Below are positions 18,864-29,973 of a stretch of 64,000 nt of DNA, piece by piece. The notes under the pieces are model-generated. The model was not told the DNA's origin and did no database searches. It saw nothing but the letters and a program-made list of their open reading frames with translations. Location of the stretch: sequence record SRR20825006_932, one strand, 5' to 3'. The translations under genes were made by a program, and so were the position numbers. The first letter of the stretch is position 1; each line of letters begins with the position of its first letter.

Positions 18864-21620
18864 ATGGGAAAAGTATATTCTATAATTATCATGTTATGTT
18901 TGTGCGTTAATGTAAAAGCACAAGGCAGTATTCAGCAAAATAAAATCAATACGACTCTTACTGACTATAGGTTTGGAAATGTTGATGAACCAACGATGAA
19001 TGCTGTTAGAATTCCAAATGGCAACATGATAAAAATGGATGGTTTTCTGGATGATGCTGTTTGGCAAAATGCCCCTATAGCCACTGGTTTTACTCAACGG
19101 TCACCCATTGATGGTGGCTTGCCTACCCAAAGAACTGAAGCAAGAATAATCTATACCGATACTGAAATTTATGTAGGAATAATGGCTTATGATTCAGCCC
19201 CTGATTCTGCAATTGCTTCCTTATTTAGACGAGATGGAGATCAATCTAGCGACTGGGTGTATGTAAGCTTTGACAGCTATGATGATAAGAGAACTGCATT
19301 CACCTTTGCCGTTAACCCAAGAAGTGTTCAAAAAGATTTGCTTTATTTTGATGATACCGACGAAGATGTGCTTTGGGATGCAGTTTGGGATGCTGAAGCA
19401 AAATTATTAGATAATGGTTGGTCTGTTGAAATAAGAATTCCACTTTCTCAACTTAGATTTAGCTCTAGAAATGATAATCATACTTGGGGAGTCAACTTCC
19501 AGAGAAGAATTGCTAGGAATAACGAGACAAATTTTTGGTCACCAACGTTATCTACAGAATCTGGGTTGGTATCAAAATTTGGACGCTTAGAAGGAATTAA
19601 AGACCTAAAAGAGCCCAGAAGGTTGGAAATAACACCCTATGCATCAACACGGCTTACACGGGCACCTAAACAAGTTGGCAATCCATATTATGAGGAAAGT
19701 GCATTTGCAGGGAATATTGGTGGGGATATTAAATACGGATTAACTTCTGACCTTACCCTAACAGCCACCATTAATCCAGATTTTGGCCAGGTTGAAGCAG
19801 ATCCTTCAACAATAAATTTATCGCAATTTGAAACCTATTTTTCTGAACGCAGACCTTTTTTCTTAGAAGGAAACGATATTTTCAGATTTGGCAGTACAAA
19901 AACTTATAATAATTTTGGGAATCCAGAGACATTCTATTCACGAAGAATTGGTCGCTCTCCACAAGGAGCGCTTGATAGAGCAAATACATTTTCTAACGGT
20001 TCTTACTTTAATGCTGATAGTGCTCAGGGTCAATCTCAATACGTAGATAGTCCAAATCAAACCAGTATTTTAGGAGCTGCAAAAATTAGTGGTAAGCTAA
20101 AATCTGGAACTTCTGTTGGGGTGTTATATGCAAGAACTTCTGAGGAAACGGCTCCGTTTACAGTTGGGCAAAAAAGTATTGGCGATGTTGAAGGTGAATT
20201 TACTGTTGAGCCAAAAAGTAATTACTTAATTACTAGACTAAAGCAAGATTTAAATAACGGAAACACAATCTTTGGCGGATTTTTTAGTGGGATGAATCGG
20301 GATATTGAAGGAACGTATTTCGAAGAATACCTTCATAATTCGGCACTTATTGCTGGTGTTGATTTCGAACATAGCTGGAATGATAAGGACTATACTGTTA
20401 GCGGAACATTCTCTACAACTAATGTAAGTGGAACATCGGAAGCGATTTCTAGGACTCAGGAGGCTCCCCAAAGATACTATGGAAGAGTAGATTCAGATTA
20501 TCTTTCAGTTGATCCGAATAAGAGAAGCTTAGCTGGATTAGGAACAGAACTGAGTATCAGAAAAGGTGGTGGAGAGCATTGGGTATGGTCAACAACATAT
20601 AGTGATGTAAGTCCTGGTTACGAAACCAACGATATTGGATTCGAACAACGTGCTGATTACAGAGGGGTTTCCACAAGTGTAACATACATGGAAGCTTCAC
20701 CAAAGAAATTACAATACTATGAAGTTTGGAGTAATCAGTTGTTTGCATGGAATTACGATGGAGATAGAATTAATAACAACTATAATGTTGGGGGATATTG
20801 GAGATTTCAAAATCTTTGGTCATTTAATATGAATATTAATGGATCATTTGCTCGTGTAAGCGACCGATTGACAAGAGGTGGCCCAGTAATGAAGTATAAT
20901 GATGATATAAATTTCAATTTTAACATAAATAGTAACTCTGCGAAGAGAGTGTCAGGTGGGTTAGGGGCATTTCGTAGAGTTGATATTGGGAATGAGTATG
21001 ATCGATATTACTGGGTTAATGTTAATTATCGGCCAACAACATATATCCAAATAAGTTTAGAGCCACAGATTGGTTTTGAGAAAGATGAAGATCAATATAT
21101 CAAAACAGTAGAAGACCCTTTGGCTACTCAAACTTTTGGAAATCGATATGTTTTCTCTGATATAGAATCAGTTAATCTTTCTGCTAGCTTGCGTTTAAAT
21201 TGGACGTTTACCCCTAAAATGAGTCTTCAAACGTATGTTCGTCCCTATTTAGCTAGCGGAAAATTTTCTAATTTTAAAGAGTTTCAAGAGCCTGGATCTT
21301 TCGTGTTTCGAGAATATGGGAAAGATGGAAGTAGCATAAGTTATGATGGCACTGAATATACCGTTGATCCAGATGGTGGAAATGCTAACAATTCATTCAC
21401 TATCAATAGACAAGACTTCAACTATCGTTCTCTTCAAGGCAATGCTGTATTTAGATGGGAGTATCGTCCCGGATCTACTGTTTTCTTTGTGTGGCAGCAG
21501 CAACGATCAGGCTCAAATAGACATGGAGATTTTGATTTTGGCAGAGATATAATAAGTATTTTCGACTCACAACCAACCAATGTATTTCTTGTAAAATTGA
21601 GCTATTGGATAGGTTCATAA
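18864..21620 (+). CDS. DUF5916 outer-membrane protein with CBM9-like N-terminal domain
   Basis: Motifs DGFLDDAVW, WSVEIRIPLSQLRF, TINPDFGQVEADP, ERRPFFLEG, FYSRRIG, RWEYRPGS. Likely ATG at 18864. Confidence 0.85.
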   Translation: MGKVYSIIIMLCLCVNVKAQGSIQQNKINTTLTDYRFGNVDEPTMNAVRIPNGNMIKMDGFLDDAVWQNAPIATGFTQRSPIDGGLPTQRTEARIIYTDTEIYVGIMAYDSAPDSAIASLFRRDGDQSSDWVYVSFDSYDDKRTAFTFAVNPRSVQKDLLYFDDTDEDVLWDAVWDAEAKLLDNGWSVEIRIPLSQLRFSSRNDNHTWGVNFQRRIARNNETNFWSPTLSTESGLVSKFGRLEGIKDLKEPRRLEITPYASTRLTRAPKQVGNPYYEESAFAGNIGGDIKYGLTSDLTLTATINPDFGQVEADPSTINLSQFETYFSERRPFFLEGNDIFRFGSTKTYNNFGNPETFYSRRIGRSPQGALDRANTFSNGSYFNADSAQGQSQYVDSPNQTSILGAAKISGKLKSGTSVGVLYARTSEETAPFTVGQKSIGDVEGEFTVEPKSNYLITRLKQDLNNGNTIFGGFFSGMNRDIEGTYFEEYLHNSALIAGVDFEHSWNDKDYTVSGTFSTTNVSGTSEAISRTQEAPQRYYGRVDSDYLSVDPNKRSLAGLGTELSIRKGGGEHWVWSTTYSDVSPGYETNDIGFEQRADYRGVSTSVTYMEASPKKLQYYEVWSNQLFAWNYDGDRINNNYNVGGYWRFQNLWSFNMNINGSFARVSDRLTRGGPVMKYNDDINFNFNINSNSAKRVSGGLGAFRRVDIGNEYDRYYWVNVNYRPTTYIQISLEPQIGFEKDEDQYIKTVEDPLATQTFGNRYVFSDIESVNLSASLRLNWTFTPKMSLQTYVRPYLASGKFSNFKEFQEPGSFVFREYGKDGSSISYDGTEYTVDPDGGNANNSFTINRQDFNYRSLQGNAVFRWEYRPGSTVFFVWQQQRSGSNRHGDFDFGRDIISIFDSQPTNVFLVKLSYWIGS

Positions 21621-21752
21621 TTTGTATAAGTAATTAAATATTAGTAAGAAGTCCATTTATTATATGGATGTAACAGTTTAGAGTTTAAATCCTCTTCTTT
21701 CATACAGAATTAGTACACTGTGTAAGTGTGACACATATGAAGATAGGATTGA

Positions 21753-24374
21753 ATGAAGCAACACATAAATATTGTATTGGTAGTTTTTTGCCAATCACTT
21801 TTTATAATTAGCAATGCGAAATCACAAACAATACCTCTTAATGTTGAAAAACCAGTAATTAATGCATTTAGTTTAGGTTCTGAAAAGCAAATTATTTTAG
21901 ATGGCAATATCTCTGAGCAAGCATGGCTAGAAATCCCTTTTTCAACAAAATTTGTTCAAACCCAACCTAATGATGGCAGCCTATCGACCGAGAAAACGCA
22001 GGTGCGAATTGCCTATGATAGCCAATATCTGTATGTAGCAATTGAAGCATTTGATAGTGCACCTGACTCAGTAGCGTCATCCTTATTTAGGCGAGATGGG
22101 AGTGGATATAGCGATTGGGTATACGTTAGTATTGATAGTTATAACGACAATAGGACAGCGTTCACTTTTGCGGTGAACCCCGAAGGCGTTCAAAAAGACA
22201 TTCTTTATTATAATGACGAAGAAGAAGACCTCCAATGGGATGCCGTTTGGGATGTAGCTACAACCAAACATTTTAAAGGATGGAGCGCTGAATTTAGAAT
22301 TCCATTCTCGCAATTAAGATTTAATGCTTCTAATAGCCAGCAAAATTGGGGAGTAAATTTTAAGAGATATATCGCCAGAAAAGAGGAAACTTCAAACTGG
22401 GCACATGTCCCAAGAGAAGAATTTGGCAAGGTATCTTGGTTTGGTGAAATTCAAGGAATTGAAAATCTAGGTCGTCCACTTCGGCTAGAAGTTTTGCCAT
22501 ACATTTCTATTAGTGATACAAGAGAGCCTGAGCCTGAAATTTTAGTAAACGGGAATAAAGATGTATTTTACAATGCAGATGAAGTAGAATTTAAAATTGG
22601 TGGTGATATCAAATATGGAATCACATCTGACTTCACTCTTACCGCTACCATTAACCCAGACTTTGGGCAAGTTGAAGCTGATCCTTCCACAATTAATCTT
22701 ACGCAATTTGAAACCTTTTTTACTGAAAGAAGACCTTTTTTCTTAGAAGGAAGTGAGATTTTTTCTTTTGGTGGTTCAAATTCATCAAATACTTACAGTA
22801 CCCATCAAACTTTTTATAGCCGAAGAATCGGTCGATCGCCCTTTGGAACAGCAGATTTAGCTGGTGTTTCATCTGAGTTTGAGGACCGACCAACACAGAC
22901 AACGATTGCTGGTGCGACTAAAATAAGTGGTAAAACTAATAATGGTTTATCATTAGGTATCTTAGATACATACACACTCCAAGAAAATGCAGTTTATGTA
23001 GATGGTATAGATAATGGAATGAGAAGAAATTATGAAATTGAACCTTCTACAAATTATTTAGTTGCTCGCGTGAAACAAGATTTACGTGATGGAGATGCTC
23101 AAATTGGAGGTTTTGCTTCAGCCGTAAACAGAATGTTTAGTGACAATTATCTAGAAAATTATCTCCATGATTCTGCTTATCAATTAGGAATGGATGGTCA
23201 GTATAATTGGGCTAACCGAAGTTGGGGTGCGAGTGGATCAGTAGCTATAAGTAGTGTAAATGGAACTGAAAATGCTATATTGAATACCCAACAGTCTTAT
23301 GTAAGATACTATGACAGAGTAGATTCTGACTATTTAAAAGTAGACTCTAGTACAACTAATCTCACTGGATATTCGGCTGAATTTAGCATTGGTAAATATG
23401 CTGGTTCAGGACTACGATATTCCATCACTTATTCTGAAACAAGTCCAAGCTATGAAATAAATGACATAGGTTATCAAGGAAGAGCAGATTACAGAGCACC
23501 TCATTATTATGTTGATTACCTAAAGTTAGACTCAGAGTATTTCCGTTACTACTTACTCTGGGTATACGGGGGATATGCATGGAACTTTGATGGTGATATG
23601 GTGATGAATTTTCATGGAGGTGGCGGTTTTTTTCAATTCAACAACCTTTGGACAATGACTCTAACTGGAGGTTTAACGGGTACATTCTACAATGATAGAA
23701 TAACTTGGGGAGGCCCAATAATGCGCAGACCTAAGGATTGGAACTCCAGCATAGATATAAGCACCAATGCTACTAAAGACTTTTATATTTCATTTGGAGG
23801 CTCTTATCGAAAAGATGCATCTGGAGAGTTTACCAAAAGAATAACAACCGCTTTTAATTACAGGCCAACGCCAAATATTCAGTTACAACTTTCTCCCACA
23901 TATAGCATAGAAAATAATACAGACCAATTTATCGGGTTTTTTGATGTTAATAATTTAAATAAGAACGAGTATGTTTTTTCAAGTACAAGTATTGAGCAGT
24001 TTAATTTCACAATGCGCTTAGATTGGACATTCTCCCCAAGACTTAGTTTACAAACTTATGTTAGACCACTAATTTCGTCAATAGATTTTTCAGATTTTAA
24101 ATCCTTTTCTGAGCGTAAAACGTATAATTTTAAACCGACTACACAGCAATTCCCTGACACTTATGACTTCGAACGCCACTCGATACAAGGCAATGCAGTA
24201 CTAAGATGGGAGTATCGTCCTGGCTCAACTTTTTATATAGTTTGGCAACAACAACGAGAGCAGAGTTTAGCATCGCAAAGTAATTTCAGTCCATATTTTA
24301 ATACTATAGATATATTAAAAGAAAGTCCAACTAACATCTTCCTAATAAAGTTTAGTTATTGGATTGGTAACTAA
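21753..24374 (+). CDS. DUF5916 outer-membrane protein, tandem paralog
   Basis: Same motifs as the upstream gene (TINPDFGQVEADPSTINL, ERRPFFLEG, RWEYRPGST). Confidence 0.85.
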   Translation: MKQHINIVLVVFCQSLFIISNAKSQTIPLNVEKPVINAFSLGSEKQIILDGNISEQAWLEIPFSTKFVQTQPNDGSLSTEKTQVRIAYDSQYLYVAIEAFDSAPDSVASSLFRRDGSGYSDWVYVSIDSYNDNRTAFTFAVNPEGVQKDILYYNDEEEDLQWDAVWDVATTKHFKGWSAEFRIPFSQLRFNASNSQQNWGVNFKRYIARKEETSNWAHVPREEFGKVSWFGEIQGIENLGRPLRLEVLPYISISDTREPEPEILVNGNKDVFYNADEVEFKIGGDIKYGITSDFTLTATINPDFGQVEADPSTINLTQFETFFTERRPFFLEGSEIFSFGGSNSSNTYSTHQTFYSRRIGRSPFGTADLAGVSSEFEDRPTQTTIAGATKISGKTNNGLSLGILDTYTLQENAVYVDGIDNGMRRNYEIEPSTNYLVARVKQDLRDGDAQIGGFASAVNRMFSDNYLENYLHDSAYQLGMDGQYNWANRSWGASGSVAISSVNGTENAILNTQQSYVRYYDRVDSDYLKVDSSTTNLTGYSAEFSIGKYAGSGLRYSITYSETSPSYEINDIGYQGRADYRAPHYYVDYLKLDSEYFRYYLLWVYGGYAWNFDGDMVMNFHGGGGFFQFNNLWTMTLTGGLTGTFYNDRITWGGPIMRRPKDWNSSIDISTNATKDFYISFGGSYRKDASGEFTKRITTAFNYRPTPNIQLQLSPTYSIENNTDQFIGFFDVNNLNKNEYVFSSTSIEQFNFTMRLDWTFSPRLSLQTYVRPLISSIDFSDFKSFSERKTYNFKPTTQQFPDTYDFERHSIQGNAVLRWEYRPGSTFYIVWQQQREQSLASQSNFSPYFNTIDILKESPTNIFLIKFSYWIGN

Positions 24375-24583
24375 ACTTTATGAATATGGTTCTTTGTTGA
24401 AGCGATGTGTAATAGTTGATAAAAAGGGCAATAATTAATCGCACTTGTTAACAGTAATACGGATGAAATTATGATTAGAGCAATACCAAAATTGCCATAT
24501 ATAATTCCATTTACGTATAGTATAATTAACAAAATAGCTACTACGGAGCGAATAATTCGGTCTAAAAATCCCATGTTATTCAT
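24371..24583 (-). CDS. DUF2892 (YgaP-like) small membrane protein
   Basis: NMG..DRIIR, two TM helices, CPFY motif. Confidence 0.85.
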   Translation of the reverse strand: MNNMGFLDRIIRSVVAILLIILYVNGIIYGNFGIALIIISSVLLLTSAINYCPFYQLLHIASTKNHIHKV

Positions 24584-24729
24584 CTCAACTCCTGTGTTTG
24601 TTAAGTTAAAGTAATACGGTATTTTCCATTTAATTAATTGCCATATAAAAACATGACAATAGATTTATTGGTTATTAGTTAATGAATAGCTTTTTTTTGA
24701 AGAAATTGTGAATTTTTAAAAGAATTAAA

Positions 24730-25437
24730 ATGAATACTCAAGTACAGCATTTAACGAGCGATGAAGTAAAGTCTATACAGGCTAGCTTTATTAACAAAGT
24801 ATATATGTGGATGTGTGGAGCCTTGTTGATAACGGGCTTTGTAGCGCTCAGAACTATAAGTTCTGAATCCTTAATGAATACATTATTTGGCGGCACTAGC
24901 ATGATGCCTTTTTATGTACTCATATTTGCCGAACTTGGATTAGTTTGGTGGCTTTCTGCAAGTATAAATAAAATGTCTTCTGGGCTTGCAACAGCTCTTT
25001 TTATACTTTACTCAGCATTAAATGGACTTACCCTAGCTGTTGTATTTTTACTTTATACAAAGGCTTCAATTGCCTCTACATTCTTTGTTACAGCAGGAAC
25101 ATTTGGAGTGATGAGCGCATATGGTTATTTCACAAAAAAGGACCTTACTTCTTGGGGTAATCTTCTTTTTATGGCGTTGATAGGTTTCATCATCGCTAGT
25201 ATTGTAAATATATTTCTACAAAGCTCATTCTTTTACTGGTTGATTACTTATGCTGGGATTCTAATTTTTGTTGGGCTAACAGCTTATGATACTCAGAAGA
25301 TTAAAAAAATGAGTTTAGGGCTCGATGCCAATTCGGAGGAGGGAAAGAAGGGTGCAATAATGGGCGCGTTGATGTTATACCTAGACTTTATAAACCTATT
25401 CCTATTGTTACTAAGGGTACTAGGTAACAGAAGATAA
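24730..25437 (+). CDS. Bax inhibitor-1/YccA family membrane protein
   Basis: Motifs KVYMWM, YSALNGLTL, GLTAYDTQKIK, LYLDFINLFL. Confidence 0.93.
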   Translation: MNTQVQHLTSDEVKSIQASFINKVYMWMCGALLITGFVALRTISSESLMNTLFGGTSMMPFYVLIFAELGLVWWLSASINKMSSGLATALFILYSALNGLTLAVVFLLYTKASIASTFFVTAGTFGVMSAYGYFTKKDLTSWGNLLFMALIGFIIASIVNIFLQSSFFYWLITYAGILIFVGLTAYDTQKIKKMSLGLDANSEEGKKGAIMGALMLYLDFINLFLLLLRVLGNRR

Positions 25438-25443
25438 TTAGTT

Positions 25444-25473
25444 AAAAAAAGCCCTCATTTCAGGGCTTTTTTT
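25444..25473. terminator. Bidirectional intrinsic terminator
   Basis: aaaaaaagccct-catttc-agggcttttttt lies between convergent genes. Confidence 0.85.
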
Positions 25474-25479
25474 ATGGCT

Positions 25480-27789
25480 TTAAAATTTGTCTAAAGTTAA
25501 TACTTTAGACAAATGGTTTTGAGAATTTCCACCCACCATAATTTCAAATTCTCCCGGTTCAATTCTTAATACTCCATCAGGGCCGTAGAAAGAAAGAACC
25601 TCTTTTGAGATTTCAAACTGAATGGTTTTACTTTCCCCAGCCATAAGACTAATTTTCTTGAAGCCTTTGAGCTCTTTTACTGGGCGGATAATACTCGCAA
25701 ACTTATCATGAAGATATAGCTGCACAACTTCGTTACCCCCAACGCTTCCAGTATTAGTAACCTGAACAGATACCATAACGGTATCATCCGTAGCCATTAC
25801 TGAAGAACTAAGGTTCAATCCAGAATATTCAAAAGTGGTGTAACTCAGCCCATGGCCAAAATAAAACTGAGGTGTTTTTTCGGAATCGGTGTAATGAGAC
25901 CAAAATACCATATCTGGATTATCAGTATATGCATCTGGGCGTCCAGTTCTGTCGTGATTATAGAATATTGGAATCTGCCCAACATTTCGAGGAATTGAAA
26001 CAGGCAACTTCCCTGAGGGATTGTAATCACCAAAAATAACATCGGCTATAGCGTTTCCTGCTTCAGAACCTAGGTGCCAAGTTTCCAAAATTGCTGGACT
26101 ATTTTCGTATAACCAAGGTTCTGCAATAGGGCGGCCATTCATAAGAACAACCACAACATTATCATTTGTGGCTCTAATTTTCTTTAGAAGTTGAAGTTGA
26201 GCTCCTTTAAGGTTGATACTAGTTTGACTTCTTCCTTCCCCACTTTGAAAAGCTTCTTCACCAACAGCAACCACCACAACATCAGAAGTACGGGCAAGGT
26301 TTAGAGCTTTTTCAAAACCATCTTTATTATCCACTTTGGAGAAATCCAGTTCATTTATAAAAGCTCGTTCATTTGTTGCTAGGGTATAACCTTGTGCAAA
26401 CTTAACGGTCGTGTTATTTCCTACAGCGGTTTTAATGCCTTCAAGTAGAGAAACTGCCGAATTGGCTTGTGCTTGGGCTCTCCAGCTTCCAAGTGGGGTG
26501 TCTTTGTCGTTTGCAAGAGCTCCAATTACGGCAATGGATTTTACAGATTTCGAAATTGGTAAAACCTTGCCATCATTTTTAAGAAGTACGATAGACTTTT
26601 TTGCTATATCTCTGGCAATTTGTCTATTCGATTCTGTGTAAGTGTTTTTCTTTTCTCGAAGAGCGTTAGAATAACGATACGGATCATCGAAAAGGCCAAG
26701 TAAAAACTTAATGCGCAAAATTCTTCTAACAGCCTCATTAATATACTTCTCATCAACTTCTCCTGAGTTAACTAAATCAACAAGATGCTGTTCGTATGCA
26801 TTTGACTCCATATCCATGTCGGTGCCTGCTAGAATAGCTTTTTTTGCAGCTTCCTCTAAATCTTTTGCAAAGCCATGAGTAACCATCTCACTTATGTTTG
26901 CCCAGTCTGATATTATAAGCCCGTCAAATCCCCATTCCTCTTTCAAAATGTCTCTTTGTAATTGAGTATGTGCTGTGGCAGGTATTCCGTTAATATCGTT
27001 AAATGAGTTCATGACAGAAGCCACACCAGCATCAACACTAGCTTTGAAAGGAGGCAAAACCATGTTGTAAAGTGTGGTGTTACTTAATTCGGTTGTATTG
27101 TAATCTAAGCCACCTCGAATAAAACCATAACCGGCAAAATGCTTGGCTGTTGCTGCTACCGTTGTTAAATCAGATAGATTGTCTCCTTGAAAACCTTTAA
27201 CTCGTGCTACCGAAATTTTGGAGACAAGAAAAGGATCTTCACCAGCGCCTTCCATAATTCTTCCCCAACGAGGGTCGCGTGTAACATCCATCATAGGGGC
27301 AAATGCCCAATGGATACCAGCCGATGAAGCCTCCATTGCTGCAACTCGGGTTGCTTTCTCTATTGCTTCTAAATCCCAGCTAGCAGCATCTCCCAATGGA
27401 ATTGGAAACATCGTTTTGTAACCATGAATGACATCGTAACCGAAAATGAGAGGAATCCCCAAACGAGATTTTTCAACAGCAATTTTTTGTGCTTCTAAAG
27501 TAGCCTCTGCGCCAATAATATTAAGCATTGAACCTACTTTACCAGAAGCGATGGCTTCGTATCTTTCTTCAAAGTAATCACCTTCAGGGAGTGGACCTGT
27601 TACATCCCAATTTCCATTATACTGGGTCATTTGGCCTACTTTTTCATCTAAGGTCATTTTAGATAATAAGCTATCTATCTTTTTTTCAATCTCTGGTTTT
27701 ATCAATGTTGAGGATGTGTCCACGTTGTTTTGCATTGTACATGAAGTTAAAGTCAATGTAGCAAGTAAAATAGCTGTCAATCTCTTCAT
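25480..27789 (-). CDS. bglX: GH3 beta-glucosidase lipoprotein
   Basis: Lipobox LTSC. Motifs DVIHG, RDPRWGR, KHFAGYG, ISDW (nucleophile), PSGKLP. C-terminal Fn3-like EVVQLY..RPVKELKGF. Confidence 0.93.
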   Translation of the reverse strand: MKRLTAILLATLTLTSCTMQNNVDTSSTLIKPEIEKKIDSLLSKMTLDEKVGQMTQYNGNWDVTGPLPEGDYFEERYEAIASGKVGSMLNIIGAEATLEAQKIAVEKSRLGIPLIFGYDVIHGYKTMFPIPLGDAASWDLEAIEKATRVAAMEASSAGIHWAFAPMMDVTRDPRWGRIMEGAGEDPFLVSKISVARVKGFQGDNLSDLTTVAATAKHFAGYGFIRGGLDYNTTELSNTTLYNMVLPPFKASVDAGVASVMNSFNDINGIPATAHTQLQRDILKEEWGFDGLIISDWANISEMVTHGFAKDLEEAAKKAILAGTDMDMESNAYEQHLVDLVNSGEVDEKYINEAVRRILRIKFLLGLFDDPYRYSNALREKKNTYTESNRQIARDIAKKSIVLLKNDGKVLPISKSVKSIAVIGALANDKDTPLGSWRAQAQANSAVSLLEGIKTAVGNNTTVKFAQGYTLATNERAFINELDFSKVDNKDGFEKALNLARTSDVVVVAVGEEAFQSGEGRSQTSINLKGAQLQLLKKIRATNDNVVVVLMNGRPIAEPWLYENSPAILETWHLGSEAGNAIADVIFGDYNPSGKLPVSIPRNVGQIPIFYNHDRTGRPDAYTDNPDMVFWSHYTDSEKTPQFYFGHGLSYTTFEYSGLNLSSSVMATDDTVMVSVQVTNTGSVGGNEVVQLYLHDKFASIIRPVKELKGFKKISLMAGESKTIQFEISKEVLSFYGPDGVLRIEPGEFEIMVGGNSQNHLSKVLTLDKF

Positions 27790-27831
27790 GTGGATAAAAT
27801 TATATTCGGTTTAGAAAATCTGTAAGGATAA

Positions 27832-29250
27832 CTAGTTAGCTATTTTTTTAAAAAATTGTTGAAGATCTTTTTTGGAATAGCTTTTGCCGTTATGAATTAC
27901 CGCTTCAATAGTAGTGGTGTTTTTAATATCCTCTAAAGGATTGGCATTAAGAATTAGTAAATCACCTTTCTTATCAATTTCAATAGTACCAATGGAGTCT
28001 TGAACACCAAAGAAGGTGGCTCCATTAATAATTGAACTTTGCAGAACCTCTATAGGGGTGAGACCTGACTCTACAAACTTTTCTAATTCTTTGTGCAATG
28101 AACTCCCAGCATATATATAAGAATTGAAAGCTCCATTGTCGGAGCCTGTAAGTAACATCACCTTAGCATCAAACATGGGTTTTATCATGCTTTTGAACTT
28201 GTGATGAAGTTCTGCTTCAAATCTTTTTGAAGCTTCGGTTCTTTTTAATGCAGTATTTAGTCTTCTGGCATAAGTTTTTTGGATCTCCTCACCAATGTAA
28301 TTCAGTTCAATATCATTGCTATGATCAACTTCATGTAAAAAGCTCAATACTTCATCAATATAAATGGTAGGAGTCACCGCTACCTTTTTGAGTGCCATTT
28401 TTTGAAATAGTTTGGTAGCTTTTTCCTCATCATAACTATCAAGCAGTTCGCGAACAGCTCCCCAAAAACTGAGCTTTCCATTTCGAACCAAATCAGTTAT
28501 TTCTTGCTCTTTACCAGAAGCTCCCTTAAGTACATAATAAAGGTGCTCTATACCGTCTAGGCCTGCATCAAGGGCGTCATCTAGCATAACACTCATTGGG
28601 AGGTGTCCTGTCGTCTTAAGCCCTCTAGCTTCCGCTTGGCGAAGTATTTCTAGGTATATCTCTTCGCTTAGAGTGCTGTCATATATTTTTATGAATTCGA
28701 CACCTAAAGCTACTAAAGAATCTAAAGCATGTGTAACATCCTCTTTAGATTGAAGCTCTAAAGATCCCGGCCAAGTAGAATTTTTGCCATCTAGTTTTGG
28801 CCCGCTTGTAAAAATTGTAGGACCAACTAGTGTATTCTCGGAAATTTCTTGTTTCCATTGTAAGATTTGTGGGGTGATATCTCCCCCAGCTTCTCGAACT
28901 GTTGTTACTCCATTAGTAATGTATAGAGGAAGGAGGTTCTTGTTTTCATCAGCGAGAGCACTTCCTCCACGTAAATGAACATGCATGTCCCATAAACCAG
29001 GAATAACATACATTCCTGTAGCTTCAATTTCTGTATGTGCTGCATAGGCAATGGCTCCGCTAGGGAAAATATTCGTAATCCTGCCATTTTCAATCAAAAT
29101 GGATTGTTGAGGGATAGTTGTTCCTGATTCTATATCGATGATACTTACATCTTTTATGAGAATGGCATCAGGAGTAAGTTTTACAAGCTTACAGCCACCA
29201 AATATTAAAAAAAGTAGGAGAGAACTATATCGTAAGAAGTTGGTGATCAT
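27832..29250 (-). CDS. Amidohydrolase family protein (probable lipoprotein)
   Basis: Motifs PGLWDMHVH, GVTTVRE, IEHL, GSD, NPLEDI. Confidence 0.88.
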   Translation of the reverse strand: MITNFLRYSSLLLFLIFGGCKLVKLTPDAILIKDVSIIDIESGTTIPQQSILIENGRITNIFPSGAIAYAAHTEIEATGMYVIPGLWDMHVHLRGGSALADENKNLLPLYITNGVTTVREAGGDITPQILQWKQEISENTLVGPTIFTSGPKLDGKNSTWPGSLELQSKEDVTHALDSLVALGVEFIKIYDSTLSEEIYLEILRQAEARGLKTTGHLPMSVMLDDALDAGLDGIEHLYYVLKGASGKEQEITDLVRNGKLSFWGAVRELLDSYDEEKATKLFQKMALKKVAVTPTIYIDEVLSFLHEVDHSNDIELNYIGEEIQKTYARRLNTALKRTEASKRFEAELHHKFKSMIKPMFDAKVMLLTGSDNGAFNSYIYAGSSLHKELEKFVESGLTPIEVLQSSIINGATFFGVQDSIGTIEIDKKGDLLILNANPLEDIKNTTTIEAVIHNGKSYSKKDLQQFFKKIAN

Positions 29251-29498
29251 TTTATTCTGAATTTCTTTGATGAATTACATAATGCTAAAAGCATAACATA
29301 TAAAAAGCCAATGAGCTAATTTACCAATCACTACATAAATAAAATCGTTTATTTGTAGAAATCATAGGAATGATATGTTGGTTATAGATGAATCATATAG
29401 ATACATTTTATGCAAAAAAGTGCTCGGTTATTAATATCTTTGTGGCTTGGTTTTTGCAGAACATATTTTCGATAATTTAGAAACTCTTTAATAATCTT

Positions 29499-29897
29499 AT
29501 GAGCAATAACAATTCATCAAAACTTGGTTTCTGGGATCGAATTGGAATTGGATTGTCTGGAGTTTGTGCAATACATTGCCTCTTAGTACCTATTGTAATA
29601 GCATTAATCCCATTATGGCCAGCTTTCGAAAATTTTCATGAATATACACACCTCATCTTTTTTATTGCTATAGCTCCAACAGTTTACCTCTCCTTAAAAC
29701 GCCAGCATAATTCTAAAAGAGTAACTGTTTACTTACTGTCAGGTGTTTTTGTCATTTTCATAGCTTGGCTGTTCAACCACAATTTAGGAGAGTATGGTGA
29801 GGCAGGCGTAACTTTTATTGGAAGTTCGTTATTAATAAGAGGACATTGGCTAAACTATAAAACTAAAATGTGCAAACTTCCCCAAGACAATAATTAG
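29499..29897 (+). CDS. MerC domain membrane protein
   Basis: DRIGIGLSGVCAIHCL, four TM helices, terminal GHWLN. Confidence 0.85.
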   Translation: MSNNNSSKLGFWDRIGIGLSGVCAIHCLLVPIVIALIPLWPAFENFHEYTHLIFFIAIAPTVYLSLKRQHNSKRVTVYLLSGVFVIFIAWLFNHNLGEYGEAGVTFIGSSLLIRGHWLNYKTKMCKLPQDNN

Positions 29898-29973
29898 TAT
29901 AATATAATGCTTATGGGTTGTTGAGGGGTGTCTTATTTGATATCTTAATTGTAGGTCAACATAAGTCTCTTCC

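Noticed and set aside
29251-29897. Mercury-resistance locus
   Set aside because: Only a lone MerC-domain gene is present, with no merA, merR, merT or merP.
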